Below, in pieces: positions 1 to 13,285 of a stretch of 64,000 bases of DNA. A program made the translations under genes and the position numbers. Location: NCBI RefSeq assembly GCF_006345805.1, contig NC_043002.1, positions 43,276,001-43,340,000 of the forward strand, read 5' to 3'. The DNA comes from Octopus sinensis (lineage: Eukaryota). Positions within the stretch are counted from its first letter, which is position 1, and each line of letters begins with the position of its first letter. The notes beneath the pieces are model-generated. The model saw only the letters and a program-made list of their open reading frames with translations. It ran no database searches and had not been told where the DNA came from.

Positions 1-2232
1 TATCCACCACGTATAAAATCCTAACATCTATCCTGGCGGAGAAAACATATGCATTCATGGAGAAGAACGATATTTTCCCCATTGAACAAAAAGGGTGCCG
101 CCGAGGCTCTTACGGATGCAAAGATCAACTGCTAATCAATCGTATGATCCTTGAGAACTGTCACAACAAGCGCAGAAATCTCAGCACCGCATGGATTGAC
201 TATAAAAACGCCTTCGACAGTATACCGCATCCATGGATCTTGAGAGCGCTGGACATCTTTAAAATTTCCCCTGTGATTTCAAACTTCCTGAAGCACAATA
301 TGTCGTTGTGGAATACGAATCTCCAATTATACCACTCTAATGGAGTACTTGCCTCAGAAAATATAAACATCAACTGTGGAATTTTTCAAGGTGACTCACT
401 CTCACCTTTAATATTCTGCATAGCCCTAATACCCCTTACAAGTGAATTAAACAGAACAGGGTATGGGTATAAAATTGCCAATAAAAAAATAAGCCATCTA
501 TTTTATATGGATGACTTAAAACTTTATGGTAAAGACAATAATGAACTTGAAGGCCTATTGCGCACCGTGAAAGCATTCAGCGATGACATCGGGATGGAGT
601 TTGGACTTGAGAAGTGTGCCAAGGCCACTTTCCAGAAAGGGAAAGTGAAGACCACAAATTCAGTCGTGTTAGATGTTGACACAGTCATAAGAGAGCTTGA
701 GCAAGAACAGACATACAAATATTTAGGGATAAATGAAGGCTCTGGTATTCAGCATGCAAGCATGAAAGAGAAAATCAGGAAGGAATGTTATAGGAGAGTT
801 CGTGCAGTCCTGAAATCTGAACTAAATGCACGTAACAAGGTGTTAGCTATAAATTCCCTAGCAGTTCCAGTTGTTACTTATAGCTACAATGTGTTGAACT
901 GGAATATGAGTGAAGTAAAGAATATAGATAGAAAAATACGCAAGCTGCTGAGTTGTAATAGGATGCACCACCCAAAGGCAGACGTAGATCGCCTTTACCT
1001 TCCCAGAGCCCAAGGAGGTCGAGGCCTGATCCAATTTGAACTAGCTTACAAAACAACCACAATTGGACTGGCCAAGTATCTCGAAATATCGAATGACTGG
1101 ATGCTAAAGCTCGTGGAAAATCACGAGAGACGAAAGAAGCTTCATTCTATCATCAAGGAAAGCAAACAATTTGCTATTGATCTCGTGCAGGATACCCAAA
1201 CTGAACAACCCGAGGGAAGTACGGCAACTATTGTTGCAAAGAAGGTGAAAATGATGGCAATGAAAAAAGCGCACGAGCAATTGGCTGATAGGTGGGAGGA
1301 GAAACCTCTGCACGGCAAATATGTGACCCGCAGCAAACAAGCTGATGTTGACCTGAAGCAAACCCATCAGTGGCTGCGGAGCTCAGGGCTAAAAGCAGAG
1401 AGCGAAGGTTTCATCCTGGCTGCTCAAGACCAAAGCCTATTAACCCGGAACTACCAGGCCAATGTGATGAAAAATGGAGCAGACCCAAAATGCCGATTCT
1501 GCAACGACATGATTGAAACAGTGGACCACCTAATCTCTGGATGTAAAGTCTTAGCACCAGTGGAGTATAAATAAGACATGACAGAATTGGCCAATATCTC
1601 CACTGGCTAATAAGTCGGCATTACAATATCAAAACTGCCGACAAGTGGTATAATCACCACCCTGAGGCTGTAACTGAAGGAGAAAATGTAACCATTCTGT
1701 GGGACTTTCCAGTACATACAGACCGAACCATCAAGGTCAATAAACCAGATATTGTTGTGAAAGACCAAAACAATAAAGTTTGCTTATTGATCGATATGAG
1801 CATCCCCTGTGATCATAATATCTCAGCGAAAGAGTTTGACAAGCTCAGAAAATATAAAGACCTACTCATTGAAATTGAGAAAATGTGGCATCTCAAGGCG
1901 GTTACAATACCAGTGATCGTAGGAGCACTAGGAATGATCAAGAAGGGAACCGAAAATTATATGAGAATGATCCCTGGCTTACCATCCCTGCAAGAAGTGC
2001 AAAAGATTGTCTTAACTGGTACATCACACGTATTGAGAAGAGCATTGTCGATGTGAGAACTGTTGCTGCTCATGTATTTTAATTTAACTTTAAAAAAAAA
2101 AAAAAAAAAAATGAACGAACTACTGAGTTTGGTTTAATGGCCTACCAATATACACTATGAGTTTCTTTGCCCTAGGAGTCGGGAAGACACTCGGCAAGAA
2201 ATGGAAGAAAATTTGAAAGAAGAAAAAAAAAG
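1..2232 (+). mobile_element. R4/Dong-like RLE non-LTR retrotransposon (family A), 5' part outside window; single frameshift near 1572
   Basis: ORF 57-1574 has RT motifs (QKG, DYKNAFDS, GIFQGDSLSP, YMDDLK) and a CRFC..H..C knuckle. After a 1-bp slip it continues RHDRIGQYLHW...KPDIVV..IDMSIP..K..KYKDL (RLE) to 2056. The 3' UTR ends at (AAT)n. Confidence 0.92.
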
Positions 2233-2384
2233 TAATAATAATAATAATAACAACAACATCGAAAAATACCTTAGGAATGAGAATCCAGGTTCGAAACTCC
2301 CCCAAGACACCTGGGTATATCAGCCGAAACGTTGTGTTAACAACAAACAAGATGAGGACAAATATCCGTCAAATGTAAATAATG
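2233..2384 (+). mobile_element. 3' terminal fragment of a Penelope-like element (same family as 14799-15235)
   Basis: aataataacatcgaaaaataccttaggaatgagaa...aagacacctg..gtatatcagccgaaacgttg..atccgtcaaatgtaaataatg aligns by eye with 15060-15200. Confidence 0.8.
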
Positions 2385-2436
2385 TTGTTGTTGTTGCTGT
2401 TGTTGTTTTTGTTGTTGTTGTTGTTATCATTATCAC

Positions 2437-2497
<61 letters not shown>

Positions 2498-2519
2498 GTT
2501 ATTATTATTATTATTTACT

Positions 2520-3168
2520 TTAAATCTGCATGTTTGTTACAATCATTTGCCGAGTCGCACCCAACGTCCTGGACGAGAGAAGTATAAGAGATGTTACAGT
2601 TTGACTGAGGCTTGGAGAAGGGAAGTGGCAGGGACAGTAGCGAAATATTTTCATATAATACAACACAGACATTTAAATGGAATAGGTTTTTTTTTCTAAG
2701 GATGTGGGATTACTTGTCAGCACAATTTTTTTTATTTCTCTGAGACATGGTTCTCCTGATATGTTATCTAGATGTTCCTGACATCCCTTTTATATCATAC
2801 CTAGGGCACCCACAATAACAGGAACAGTTTTCACTTTAAGATGCCACATCAATTGTATTTCAATTTCCAGGTCCTAGGATTTACTTAATTTGTCGAATTC
2901 CTTTACAGATATATTTTTATCAGAGGGAACACTTCTATTAGTCTAAGTGTCTTCTTCCCTGCCTTTAACAGTTATTTCTGGTCGATTAGCCTGGATCGTT
3001 CCATCAGTGTTAACTGGAAAATCCTAGATGATGGTGACATTTTTACCTTCAGCAACTGGTTCGGGGTAATGTTCATACCAGGAAGCAGGAATGCTGATTT
3101 TGTAGTGATTGCATATCTTCCCATGTAAATACTGTCCTACCCTGTCGTGGCGAAATTTGCATTCATTT
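2520..3168 (-). mobile_element. Degenerate 3' fragment of an R4/Dong-like RLE LINE
   Basis: Reverse translation gives RHDRVGQYLH, QANRPE, KEFDKLSK and VPVIVGALG remnants; flanked by (ATT)n. Confidence 0.75.
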
Positions 3169-3188
3169 TATTATTATTATTATTATCA

Positions 3189-5466
3189 TTCAGTAGTTTT
3201 ATTTTTATAACGTGCTTTCACTTCCCTACCGAGCGCAGCTCTTTGTGCCTTAGGTATGTGCTGTGATTTGTTGTGATGCTCTGATGGTTATTGTATTGAA
3301 AGTTTTCTGCGTAGGATGTGTGCAGTGCCTAGTAGTGCAATTTTCTGTATGTTATATGTGTTTGTAAGTCCTAGTGTTTTTGTTATGTATTTGTCTAAAT
3401 ATTTTTTATCATGCCTAATGCACCTACTATGATAGGAATTGTTTCTGTTTTTAGATTTCACATTCTAGTAACCTCTATTTCCAGGTCTTTGTATTTCGAA
3501 CGTTTTTCCATTTCTTTTAGAGACATATTGTCATCTGCTGGTATTGATACATCAATTAGAAAGCATTTTTTTTCTTCATGATCTCTGACAACTATATCTG
3601 GTCTGTTGGCCTTAATTTCTCTATCTGTGTGTATTAGCATATCCCAGAGTATGATTGCTTTCTCGTTTTCTGTGACCTTTTCTGGTGTGTGCCTATACCA
3701 TCTTTTTTCTGTTGTTATTTCATAATGTTGGCATAGCTTCCAGTGTATGTAGGTTCCAACTCTGTCGTATCTGTGAATATATTCCTTCTTAGCCAGGACT
3801 GGGCAGCCAGAGATAATATGATTTATTGTTTCTTGTCCATCTCCACATATTCTGCAGTTACTTGTTATATTTCTTTTCATTACATGTTTTTGGTAATTTC
3901 TGGTGGGGAGGCTTTGGTCTTGTGCTGCAATTAAAAATCCCTCTGTCTCTGCTTTGAGTCCTGAGCTTCTCAACCATTGCTGGGATTTTTCTTTGTCTAT
4001 TTCTTTTGCATTTAGTTTAGTCCAGTACTTGCCATGAAGGGGCTTTTCTTACCATCGTTTTATCATGGTTCGTTGCTGTTCTAGTTTTAGTTTTGATTTC
4101 ATTTGCTTTAGAGCTTTTGTTGTGTTTTCTTCTTCTTCTTCTTCTTCTTCTCTTCTTCTTCTTCTTCTTCTTCTTCTTCTTCTTCTTCTTCTCCTCCTCC
4201 TCCTCCTCCTCCTCCTTCTTCTTCTTCTTCTTCTTCTTCTTCTTCTTCTTCTTCTTCTTCTTCTTCTTCTTCTTCTTCTTCCACTTCATATTTGTTAGGT
4301 GGTATGATTTCTTGTTTGTATTTGTCAGCTTCCTTAAATACTGAGAACAATTTTTTGTTTTGCTCATGTTTTGCCGCTATTTGTATCAGTTTTCCTTGTT
4401 TCTGAAGTAGGTATTTTTGCAGTCCTATGGTGGTTATTTTATAGTAGTTTTCCAGCTTTATAAGGCCTCTACTATATATACGTTGTATATATAGCCTTTC
4501 TATGTCAGATTTTGGGTGATGCATCCTAGATCCTGTTATTATTTTTCTTGTTTTCCTAACTATTTTGGTTAGTTCATTTAGTGTCTAGTTAAGGATATTT
4601 TAGATGTAACTTATAACTGGGACAGCTAAAGTGTTAATACTTATTATCTTGTTTTTAGCATTGAGCTCTGCTTTTAGTATTGACCTAACTCGTCTATAGT
4701 ATTCTTTCTTTATTTTCTCTTTCATTTGTGTGTGTTGTGTCTTATCTAGTTCATGGATTCCTAAATATTTGTAAGTTTGGCTTTGGTCTAATTCTCTTAT
4801 TTCATTGGCTTTATCTAGTGTGATGTTGCTACTCTTAACTAGTTTTCCTCTTTTCAGGGTTACTTTGGTGCATTTTTCTAATCCAGATTTCACATCTATT
4901 TCTTTGGTGAATCCATGAACTGTCTTTAATAGTGTTTCCAGCTGTTTGTCATTTGTAGCGTATAATTTTAGGTCATCCATATATAAAAGGTGGCTGATCG
5001 GTTTGCCGTAACATTTATATCCGCATCCAGTTCTATTTAGCATATCAGGTAGAGGTGACAGTGTCAAGCAGAAAAGGAGTGGAGAGAGCGTGTCTCCCTG
5101 GAATATTCCTCTTCTAATGGGGATGGCTTTGGTTTTCACGAGTCCCTCTTTTGTTTGGAGCTGTAGCACTGTCTGCCATTTATTCATAGAGTGTCCTATG
5201 TATTTTATAATTGTTGGTGCTACTTTGTTAATGGCTAGTGTTTCGAGGATCCATGTGTGGGGGATGCTATCAAACGCCTTTCTGCAGTCGATCCAGGCCA
5301 TACTGAGGCCTTTCTTCTTTCTGCGGCTGTCTTCAGTTATGGCTTTATTGATCATTAGTTGATCTTTACAGCCATATGAGCCTTTGCGGCATTCTTGCTG
5401 CTTTTCTGGAAACAGGTTGTTTTCGTCCAGGTGCTTGTTCAATTTTTGTGATATTACTGCAGTGAA
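3189..5466 (-). mobile_element. 5'-truncated R4/Dong-like RLE LINE (family B), frameshifted
   Basis: ORFs 4600-5589, 4108-4524 and 3458-3973 give RT (GIFQGDTLSP, YMDDLK), CRIC..H..C and NRPDIVV..IDVSIP. Nearly identical to 25933-27650. (ATT)n at both ends. Confidence 0.92.
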
Positions 5467-5629
5467 TATTATTATTATTATTATTATTATTATTGTTGTT
5501 GTTGTTGTTATTATTATTATTATCATTGTTATTGTTGTTGTTGCTATTGTTGTTGTTGTTGATGTTGTTGATGTTGTTATCATTATCATGAAAGCCTCTC
5601 TGATAGTTCTTTATTACCGGTTATTCTTT

Positions 5630-8468
5630 ACTTGAAAGCAGGCAACAACAAATCACCAAAGGTTTCAAGTAGTGCATTCTCCTGTGACTCAAAGAGTCAA
5701 TACTCTCCTTAGAATGTGAGCTGTACCCAACAATGCTGTCTTCTCAATCACCGCGAGCATGACAGCAGTTCCAATTTTCTTATGTTTTTCAAATTCCTTG
5801 AAAACTGCTCCTAATGATCCAATTACCATCGGTATCACCATTATTTTTCTCATGCCGCAAAAGTTTCCAATCTCGCCCTGCAGTGGCTCGTATTTCTCCA
5901 TCTCTTCTGTTTCCTTACATTTCACCCTCGAATCGCCTGATATTGCAACATCTATTATCTTTACTTCTTTTTCATCTTTATGGGTGAGCGCTTCACTCTA
6001 ATTCCTCCGTGGGCCCCTTCGAATCTCCTTTCTGCTGCTATTGCCAAATTCTATTCTAATCAATCTCATCTTTATTCTCCAAGAACTGACTATGCATTTT
6101 CTTGTCCTGCCAACTTTACCTCATCTGCTCTCTCTGGCCTGTCTTAAACTGTATTGGATCTGCGACTTTGTTCACTCTTAAGGTACCCTGCATTTCCACC
6201 GCTTCAATCATTTATCCTTTACTCCCCTTGACATACCAAGCCAGGCTATTCTCCTCTTCCCTTACACAACCTTCACAACACACAAATCCCATCCCCGTTC
6301 TCCTTCCATTCTCTTTACGTACAATCTTGACATCATTCTTGGGGCGTTGTTCATTGTCATTAATTTACGTTTTCTCCGGTCTATCTCTTGTAATTTTTAC
6401 TTCTTCTGAGATACTATACCTGCTCTATATCTCATCAAAGTAACAGCCTATGTGTTAATTGCTCTAATCTTATAACGGCCATTTAGCTTCGATTGGAGCA
6501 CAGGCCGAGTTCTCCTCAAATACTCTTCTTTCAAATACATTTCTTTCATCTTGTGTTCATTCATCTTATCTCTTTCAATGACACCCAGGTACTTACATCC
6601 TTTCTCTTTGACTTCCTTTATAGTTTCATCACTTCCCAGCTTGATCCCTTGCCTTTTACTGATTTTCCCTCTTTTGAGAATCATTACACCACATTTCTCG
6701 ATCCCGAATTCCATACCAATATCTTTGCTAATCATCTGCAAACTCTCAAACTCTCAATGTCTTTGTCAATCTTAGCGAATAGCTTTAGGTCATCCCTAAA
6801 ACAAAGGTTGTTTACTTTCACCCTACCTAGCATGTACCCCACACGCATCTTTCTTAAAACGCTCATTAGTGGCAGTACACAAGCAACAAATAGGAGACTG
6901 TCCCGTTGACAGATTTCTCTTATGATATTTACCTCTCCCAGTTTATCTCCCCATGCTGTGAGTTCAGTTCGCCACGTTGTCATTGAGTTTTGTATTAGCT
7001 TCAGAACTTGGCGTGAGACCTTAAGGAGTTTAAGGCATTCAATAATCCAGGAATGTGGGACCATGTTATATGCTTTCCTGTAGTCTAGTCATGCCACTGG
7101 CTAATTTTTATGTCTCTTCTTGCAATCAGCCAGGATAGTCTTATCGATTAATCTTCGTTCCTCTGCTCGTACGTTTACACCTTTTTTGCTCCACTGGTAG
7201 TAAATCATTCTCATGTAGGTACTTATAGATGCTGCTTGATATGATGGCCGTTATCAGTTTCCACATCAGTGGCAAACAAGATATTGGTTGGAAATTTCCA
7301 ACCGCATTCCCTTTACTTGGGTCCTTCTGGCATACTACCGTTCTTCTTTTGTCATCCAGGCCGGGACTTGAATATCACTATTCAGTATTTCGTCCAGCTG
7401 ACTCGCAATACTTCTGTGCAAGCTGTGAAATTTTAAAGCCAAAATCCCTGAACCCCATCTGGGCCAGGCGCTTTCCAGTTAGGAATTTTCCTGCACTGAT
7501 CTCTAACCATCCCCTCGGTTATTATCAATTCCTCCTGCTGATACTCTCCACCCTTCTCTTTAACCATTCTGCTTCAATTTCGTGTTGTTTCCCCTGAGAC
7601 CATATGTTTGATCAGAATCTTTTACTTTCTTCAGCATCCGGCAGGGCTTTTTCACCTTTTTCTTTCCCATCCAGTTACTGATAGACTCGTTTCTGATTTT
7701 GTTCGAAAAGTTTGTTTAATCTGTACTGCTCAATTTATTGTTCATATCTCTTTAGTGTATGTGCTTTAGCTTTCAACCTCTGTTTTAATTCCTCAATCAC
7801 AATACTGATTCCCTTTCTCTTCACCATATACTTCCTCTCTAGCTCAACATATTTCTATCGCTGAACTTCATTTCTCTTTTGCCGTTCCAGAATATTAATA
7901 TGATTTCTTGTCTCATAAATAGACTGCGTTATTCTCCATTTCCACCATGACTCCTTCAAGTACTATTGCCATTTACCTTTGACTTTCAAACCTAACTTCC
8001 GAGCTATAAAGATCGAAATTGCATTTATCAGATTCTTGGTGTCTGTGATGTTGTCAGTCCTGATATCACCAGTGATATCATCTATCTTCTTGACTCACTC
8101 ATTGAGTTTTCCTCTGTCTACTTTTTAAAACCCCGTATGAAAGCTCTGTTCACCAGAGGTCCAAATATCATCGATTTCATTTGAAATGGATATTTGTTCC
8201 TCGGTTCTCTTATCACTTTCCTGATCAATAATCTTAGCCTCATGCTCGTTTTCTTTCTTTAACTCCACTACCATAGTTTCACTATCTGCATTCTCTCCCT
8301 TATCCTTCCCGTTCACCGCTGGTTTTACTATCCCTAAGCACCCGTCTCTTAATGCTTTCTAGTTCAAGAGGAGATAACCATGCATTCTTTCTGATGGCTC
8401 TAACATGGTCACACAGATATTGTTCACTTAATTCAAATAGGCCTCTGTCGCTCCATGCCCTGTGCATC
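5630..8468 (-). mobile_element. Degenerate R4/Dong-like RLE LINE with internal deletion
   Basis: ORFs 6732-7064, 6448-6741 and 5689-5925 give VPHSWI, RDDLKLF, DIGMEFGIEKC and KTALLGTAHILRRVL. N-terminal WLSPLELE remnant near 8350. Confidence 0.8.
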
Positions 8469-8469
8469 A

Positions 8470-8569
<100 letters not shown>

Positions 8570-8689
8570 TCTACTTAGACTTTCATATTTTAAATAAGTA
8601 CCAGTCTCGCACTGGTGTCGATGTAATCGACTTAATACCTCTCCCCCAAGCTGCCCTAGTGGCAAAAATTATTATTATAATTATTATCA

Positions 8690-9066
8690 TAATTACTGTT
8701 GCATTGTCTTTGCACAGCTTCGAACGCTGGAGAGAGATGTACTACGGTGTCAGCGGTTCATATCCGGAGTATTCGAGTGGTTCGAAGCAGTGCTGTTTCC
8801 TGCAAGTGCTCTACCCTTATTGCAGCCCCGATTTGTTCCATGTACTTCTCAAGGTTTTTATTCACTGTTACCAGGGCCCTGACAATTGTTGGTACTTCTA
8901 CCACCTTTTTCAGTGACCACAACTACTTAACCTCCCAAGCTAACCTGTCATATCTATCGACTTTTCTTTCTTCTTTATCACATACCTTGTTGTCAGCTGG
9001 GCATGCTATATCTATGATCCAGCATCGTTTGCTTTCTTTCTCAATTAACACTATGTCTGGTTTCCT
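8690..9066 (-). mobile_element. 3' fragment of another R4/Dong-like RLE LINE
   Basis: RKPDIVLIEKESKRCWIIDIACP..KVDRY (RLE motif) in ORF 8923-9105; (ATT)n at both ends. Confidence 0.8.
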
Positions 9067-9084
9067 ATTATTATTATTATTATG

Positions 9085-9546
9085 GCCGCCATACTGTAAA
9101 GTCACGGAAATTTAGAGCTCCGTAAGTTGAAAAAGTGTTTGTAAACTTTTCGGCCTTCTAAGGCCCCATGTGTTCATTTTTATTGTTACTATTGTAATTC
9201 TGAGATTGTCTGGACTGCGCAGGTAGTATTTTTTTTATAGAACCAGTCCGCTGTCATGCAGGGGGTATGCATCAACTTTTTTTAATTTTAACGACTTTCA
9301 GCAAAAGTAAATATTTTGTAATTTTCTTTAATTATTTAAGATGGCTGATAAAGACGCCATCATAATGTTAAACAAAGGAATGCGCTCCGCGTCGGTAAAA
9401 AAGGTGAGAACAAAAAATATCGAATGGTATCTAGGCACCAAGGCGAATAATGTTTCGTTTGTAAGCAACATCAAAAGTTTCGGTGTTGACAAAGAGAATA
9501 ATAACAGCAACAACAGCAGTCCCAACAACAACAACAACAACAACAA

Positions 9547-9594
<48 letters not shown>

Positions 9595-9617
9595 CGATGA
9601 CGACAACAACAACAACA

Positions 9618-9666
<49 letters not shown>

Positions 9667-9733
9667 CGATGACGACAACAACAACAACAGCAACAGCAGC
9701 AGCAGCAGCATGAGCAGCAGCAGCAGCAGCAGC

Positions 9734-9770
<37 letters not shown>

Positions 9771-11865
9771 GCAACAACAACAACAACAACAATACGAAAG
9801 ACTGAAACATAAAATCGTGAATATCGGCTCCACGTCTTTTGCGTTTGCGGCGACAAATATGGAAAATTTCCGCATAGATGAAGATTTATAGATAGCAAAG
9901 AAAATAATAAAAACGAATGTTAGAAGGTTAACTTTAAACCCTCCATCCGATGTGATAGAGAACATCTTAAGATGCACGTTAACATACTGCTGCATCGGAA
10001 TCAAGTCTCGGTGCGTGGAAAATACCTCTGAGAGCGAAATATAAAAATGCCTCGGGAGTGTGAGGGAACGAAAGGCCCACATCACACAAGGAAAAAAGTT
10101 TGGAACTATTGAGGTGAGATTTGGGACAGGAGAAGAAGCCAGATGTCATTCTGGGACAGGAGAAGAAGCCAGATGTCATTCCGCGACCACTTTGAGGAAC
10201 GACAACTTCTTAATCCCCAGCTGTCGCGGCCAACTTCTTGCCAAGATTAGGGAGTTGAATGTGCCACCAGAAATATCCATCATCTGGTTAGTGACATCCA
10301 TCCTGGCAGGTTTAGAAGATGATGTAACAAGAAAATACCTAAGCAAATTTGGTTTGGCATAGGTATGTAACGGACTTTACAATCTAAGCAGGACCATATC
10401 GACCAGCTGTCTGATCTAATCGATCTCCTGTATGGTACTCACCTGTCGGTGCGAGTGGAATGGAGAAGATCCCATATAATTGGGTCTGTAAATCACTTAA
10501 AGGTTTTATGTTCTGAAACAAGAAATAAAAAACTCTCGCTGCTGCCAACACTACAAACACTTCAAACGCAAGATCATGAACAAGTGCTCAAGACTCCTAC
10601 ATCTACACCTACACCCACATTCACACTCACTCCCAAACCAAAACAAAGAAGGTGTCTACCTCTCGTTGCCACGGAAAAGCTAGTTTCTCCTGAATGTTCA
10701 ACTTTCCAAACCAGCATCAACCGTAATAACATGGAGAAAGAAGAGATGAACGATCAATAGATCACAGTGACAAGTAAAAGAGGAGGAGAGTACATAGTCC
10801 TACTCCAAGAAATCAACAAAAGCAAGAACAATAACAACTTCAAAAACAGTAACATCATACACAACAGCATAAAATCACAGAAACACAGAAACAACCAATG
10901 ACAGAACTTCAAAAATATCCATCAGACTGTACACGAAATTTATCCATCAATTTCACTGTTGTGAACAAGTGCAACACTGGATTTATGGATTTTGTAGGTC
11001 AAAACAAAAACAAAACAGAGGCAGAGGATTTCATTATGAAACCCCCAAAGACAGACTTCACTAAAATTATGAGAAAAATTCCCATGTAGAATAGGGATTT
11101 TAAAAATATCTGGAAGGGCGTTTTAAAAGCTTTTCGCCAGTTATCAGGCCCGGAACTTCTGGTCTTTGAAAAAATCAAGGCGAGCCACCACCTCATTTTC
11201 TTTATCCAATTAGTATAGCTGTGCTGAGAATGATGTGTGTGACTGCGAGTGGCCTGGGATGAGCTTGGAAGCAAGGTCAGTTGCTCAATGATCTCAGGTC
11301 ACTTGATCTGGATGTGGCTGCCATTAATGAAAAAAAGGATCTCCGGGAAACATGCTCTAACATGCATTTTCGACGACTACGAGGTATTCTCTTCTTGTGG
11401 TCTATCGGAAGCGGGTGGCGTTGACCAAGGCAATCCATTTTAACAAACACATTCACAACTGCAAAAAAAAAAAAATGCGTAAACAAAAAGAAACATCCGA
11501 AAAACAAAATGACCAGCAGTCACACTCTCGGATACGTACTTCCTTCATCACCTTCACTGTTGTAAGAAAACTCCACCGGCCAGAGTGTTAACCCAAACAG
11601 ATACTGGAGGGTTTAGCAGGTACCCCTCAAAAAACTTCCTAGAAAACCTTTACTCCCTGCCCCCTCGACGAAAAACAAGACTGTTAAGTCATCACTGGAA
11701 ACCAAGGCACGTAATTCCATTTTCTTTCCTCTAAGTTAAATGGCTACACTTAGAGTTGGTTGTTTAAATGTTCGGGCCTGAGTTCGGCTTGGAAGCAGGG
11801 TCACCTGTTCAACAATTTCACGTCTCTAAGTTTAGATGTGACAGCAATAAGTGAGACGAGAATTA
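9085..11865 (+). mobile_element. Tx1/L1-clade LINE remnant: ORF1 region and start of ORF2 (APE endonuclease), 3'-truncated and probably mosaic
   Basis: GKKFGTIEVRF..NVPPEI..WL (10060-10362) matches the ORF1-like remnants at 11877-12176 and 17790-17990. At 11740, MATLRVGCLNVR..LDVTAISETR is an APE N-terminus. 30-bp tandem duplication at 10122-10181. Confidence 0.65.
9498..9792. repeat. Compound (AAC)n/(AGC)n microsatellite with ~72-bp higher-order duplication
   Basis: The aacaacaacgatgacgacaac... block occurs twice, about 72 bp apart. Confidence 0.9.
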
Positions 11866-11869
11866 CCGG

Positions 11870-12715
11870 AAACCTTTCAGGCAACCATTTCCGTGCAACA
11901 CATGGAATGTCCGCGAGTCACCTCTTCCCCTGAGAAACGGACCTCCACGGTGCCGTATGCCCGTCCCCTAGCGACGTATACTATGTCCCTCCAAATCGGG
12001 GACAGGCATTTTTTGATAATTTCTTTGTCAAAGTGTTTAGACCATCTGTCTTGTGCACTGAAGGTTTCCACGATACTGGAGGAGGGTGATATTTTAACAT
12101 CACCACCCTTCTCCTTCATTCTTTTAAATAGCTCAACGAGCTGATTGACATCAACGTCAATATTCTCGATTGCCACTTCGGCAACCGCTGCAATTTTTTT
12201 ACAAGGTTGGCACCACTGCCAACATCACCACTTTCAACGAGTGTACTTCTCTCGTGGATAATTTCAACAGACATTACTCTGTTGAAATTAATTATCCACA
12301 AAAAAAAATTTTAAATGCAAAAACTGGTTTCTCGAAAAATGGGAAACCTATAAAGAGGTTTTCCTCTTGCAGAAGACAATAATTTTTTTTAAGGTCCAAA
12401 AAACAATTCAAATCCCAACCCCATTAAAGGGAGGGGCACAGAGATAGTCTAACGAAAACTATAACAAATAATTTTTAAAAAAATGTTCCTATAGAAAAAA
12501 TACCGCAATGGCCAACAAATATAGTTCAAAGAAATTTTCTTTAAAATTATTCCCCGGTAAAACCGAGAAATAAAACAGTTCAACAAAACAAATCCTCGTT
12601 CGACGAACAGTAATAAACTAATAAAATCAGGTAATTCACAAAGAATAACGATAACAATCTCTACAGCAAAAAATGCTTAGCAGCAGCGAAAAGAAGCACG
12701 TCCACACAGTAGTGA
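11870..12715 (-). mobile_element. 5' portion (UTR and ORF1 start) of a Tx1/L1-like LINE, inverted relative to its neighbour
   Basis: ORF 11877-12176 contains YVARGRAYGTVEVRFSGEE, homologous to the other ORF1-like remnants. Confidence 0.6.
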
Positions 12716-12924
12716 AGGGAACAAGCTTCTTACCACACAACCATGCCTGCCCCTATAGCCATGCCTGTGCTTATAATGACTAAGATTATGTAGACATTAA
12801 GTAAATTTCTAACGAAGATGATAGAATATCAAATTACATGATTTGCAATGGATATAACTGACACCAAAGTGGGAGTAAATTTTCAGTTATTGGTATCCTC
12901 AAGAATTGCAAATAACTTATGACA

Positions 12925-13285
12925 CCTTGTAATAAATGCTTGCGTAGTATACTTAAAATTAGATGGCCTGAACACATAAGCAATATGGAGCTATGGCAAA
13001 GAACAAATGAAGTTTCGATTAGGGAGCAAATATTTAAGAAAAACGTGGAAGTGGGTTGGTAGCACAATTAGAAAAGACACACCAAATGTAGCGAAAAGTG
13101 CTTTATAGTGGAAACCGGATGGATGTAGAAGGAGATGTAGGCCTAAGAACTTGTGGCGTAGATCAACACAAAAGGAACTAGAGAAAGGGGGACATTCATG
13201 GCAGAGTATAAGTACTGAAGCCAAAAATTATGCGACATGGAATTCAATTATAAGTGGCCTATACTCGGCGTTGGAGGGTTAAAGT
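12925..13285 (+). mobile_element. RTE-type LINE C-terminal remnant
   Basis: Translates NKCLRSILKIRWPEHISNMELW..W.WVG..IRK..WKPDGCRRRCRPKNLWRR. Confidence 0.75.
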
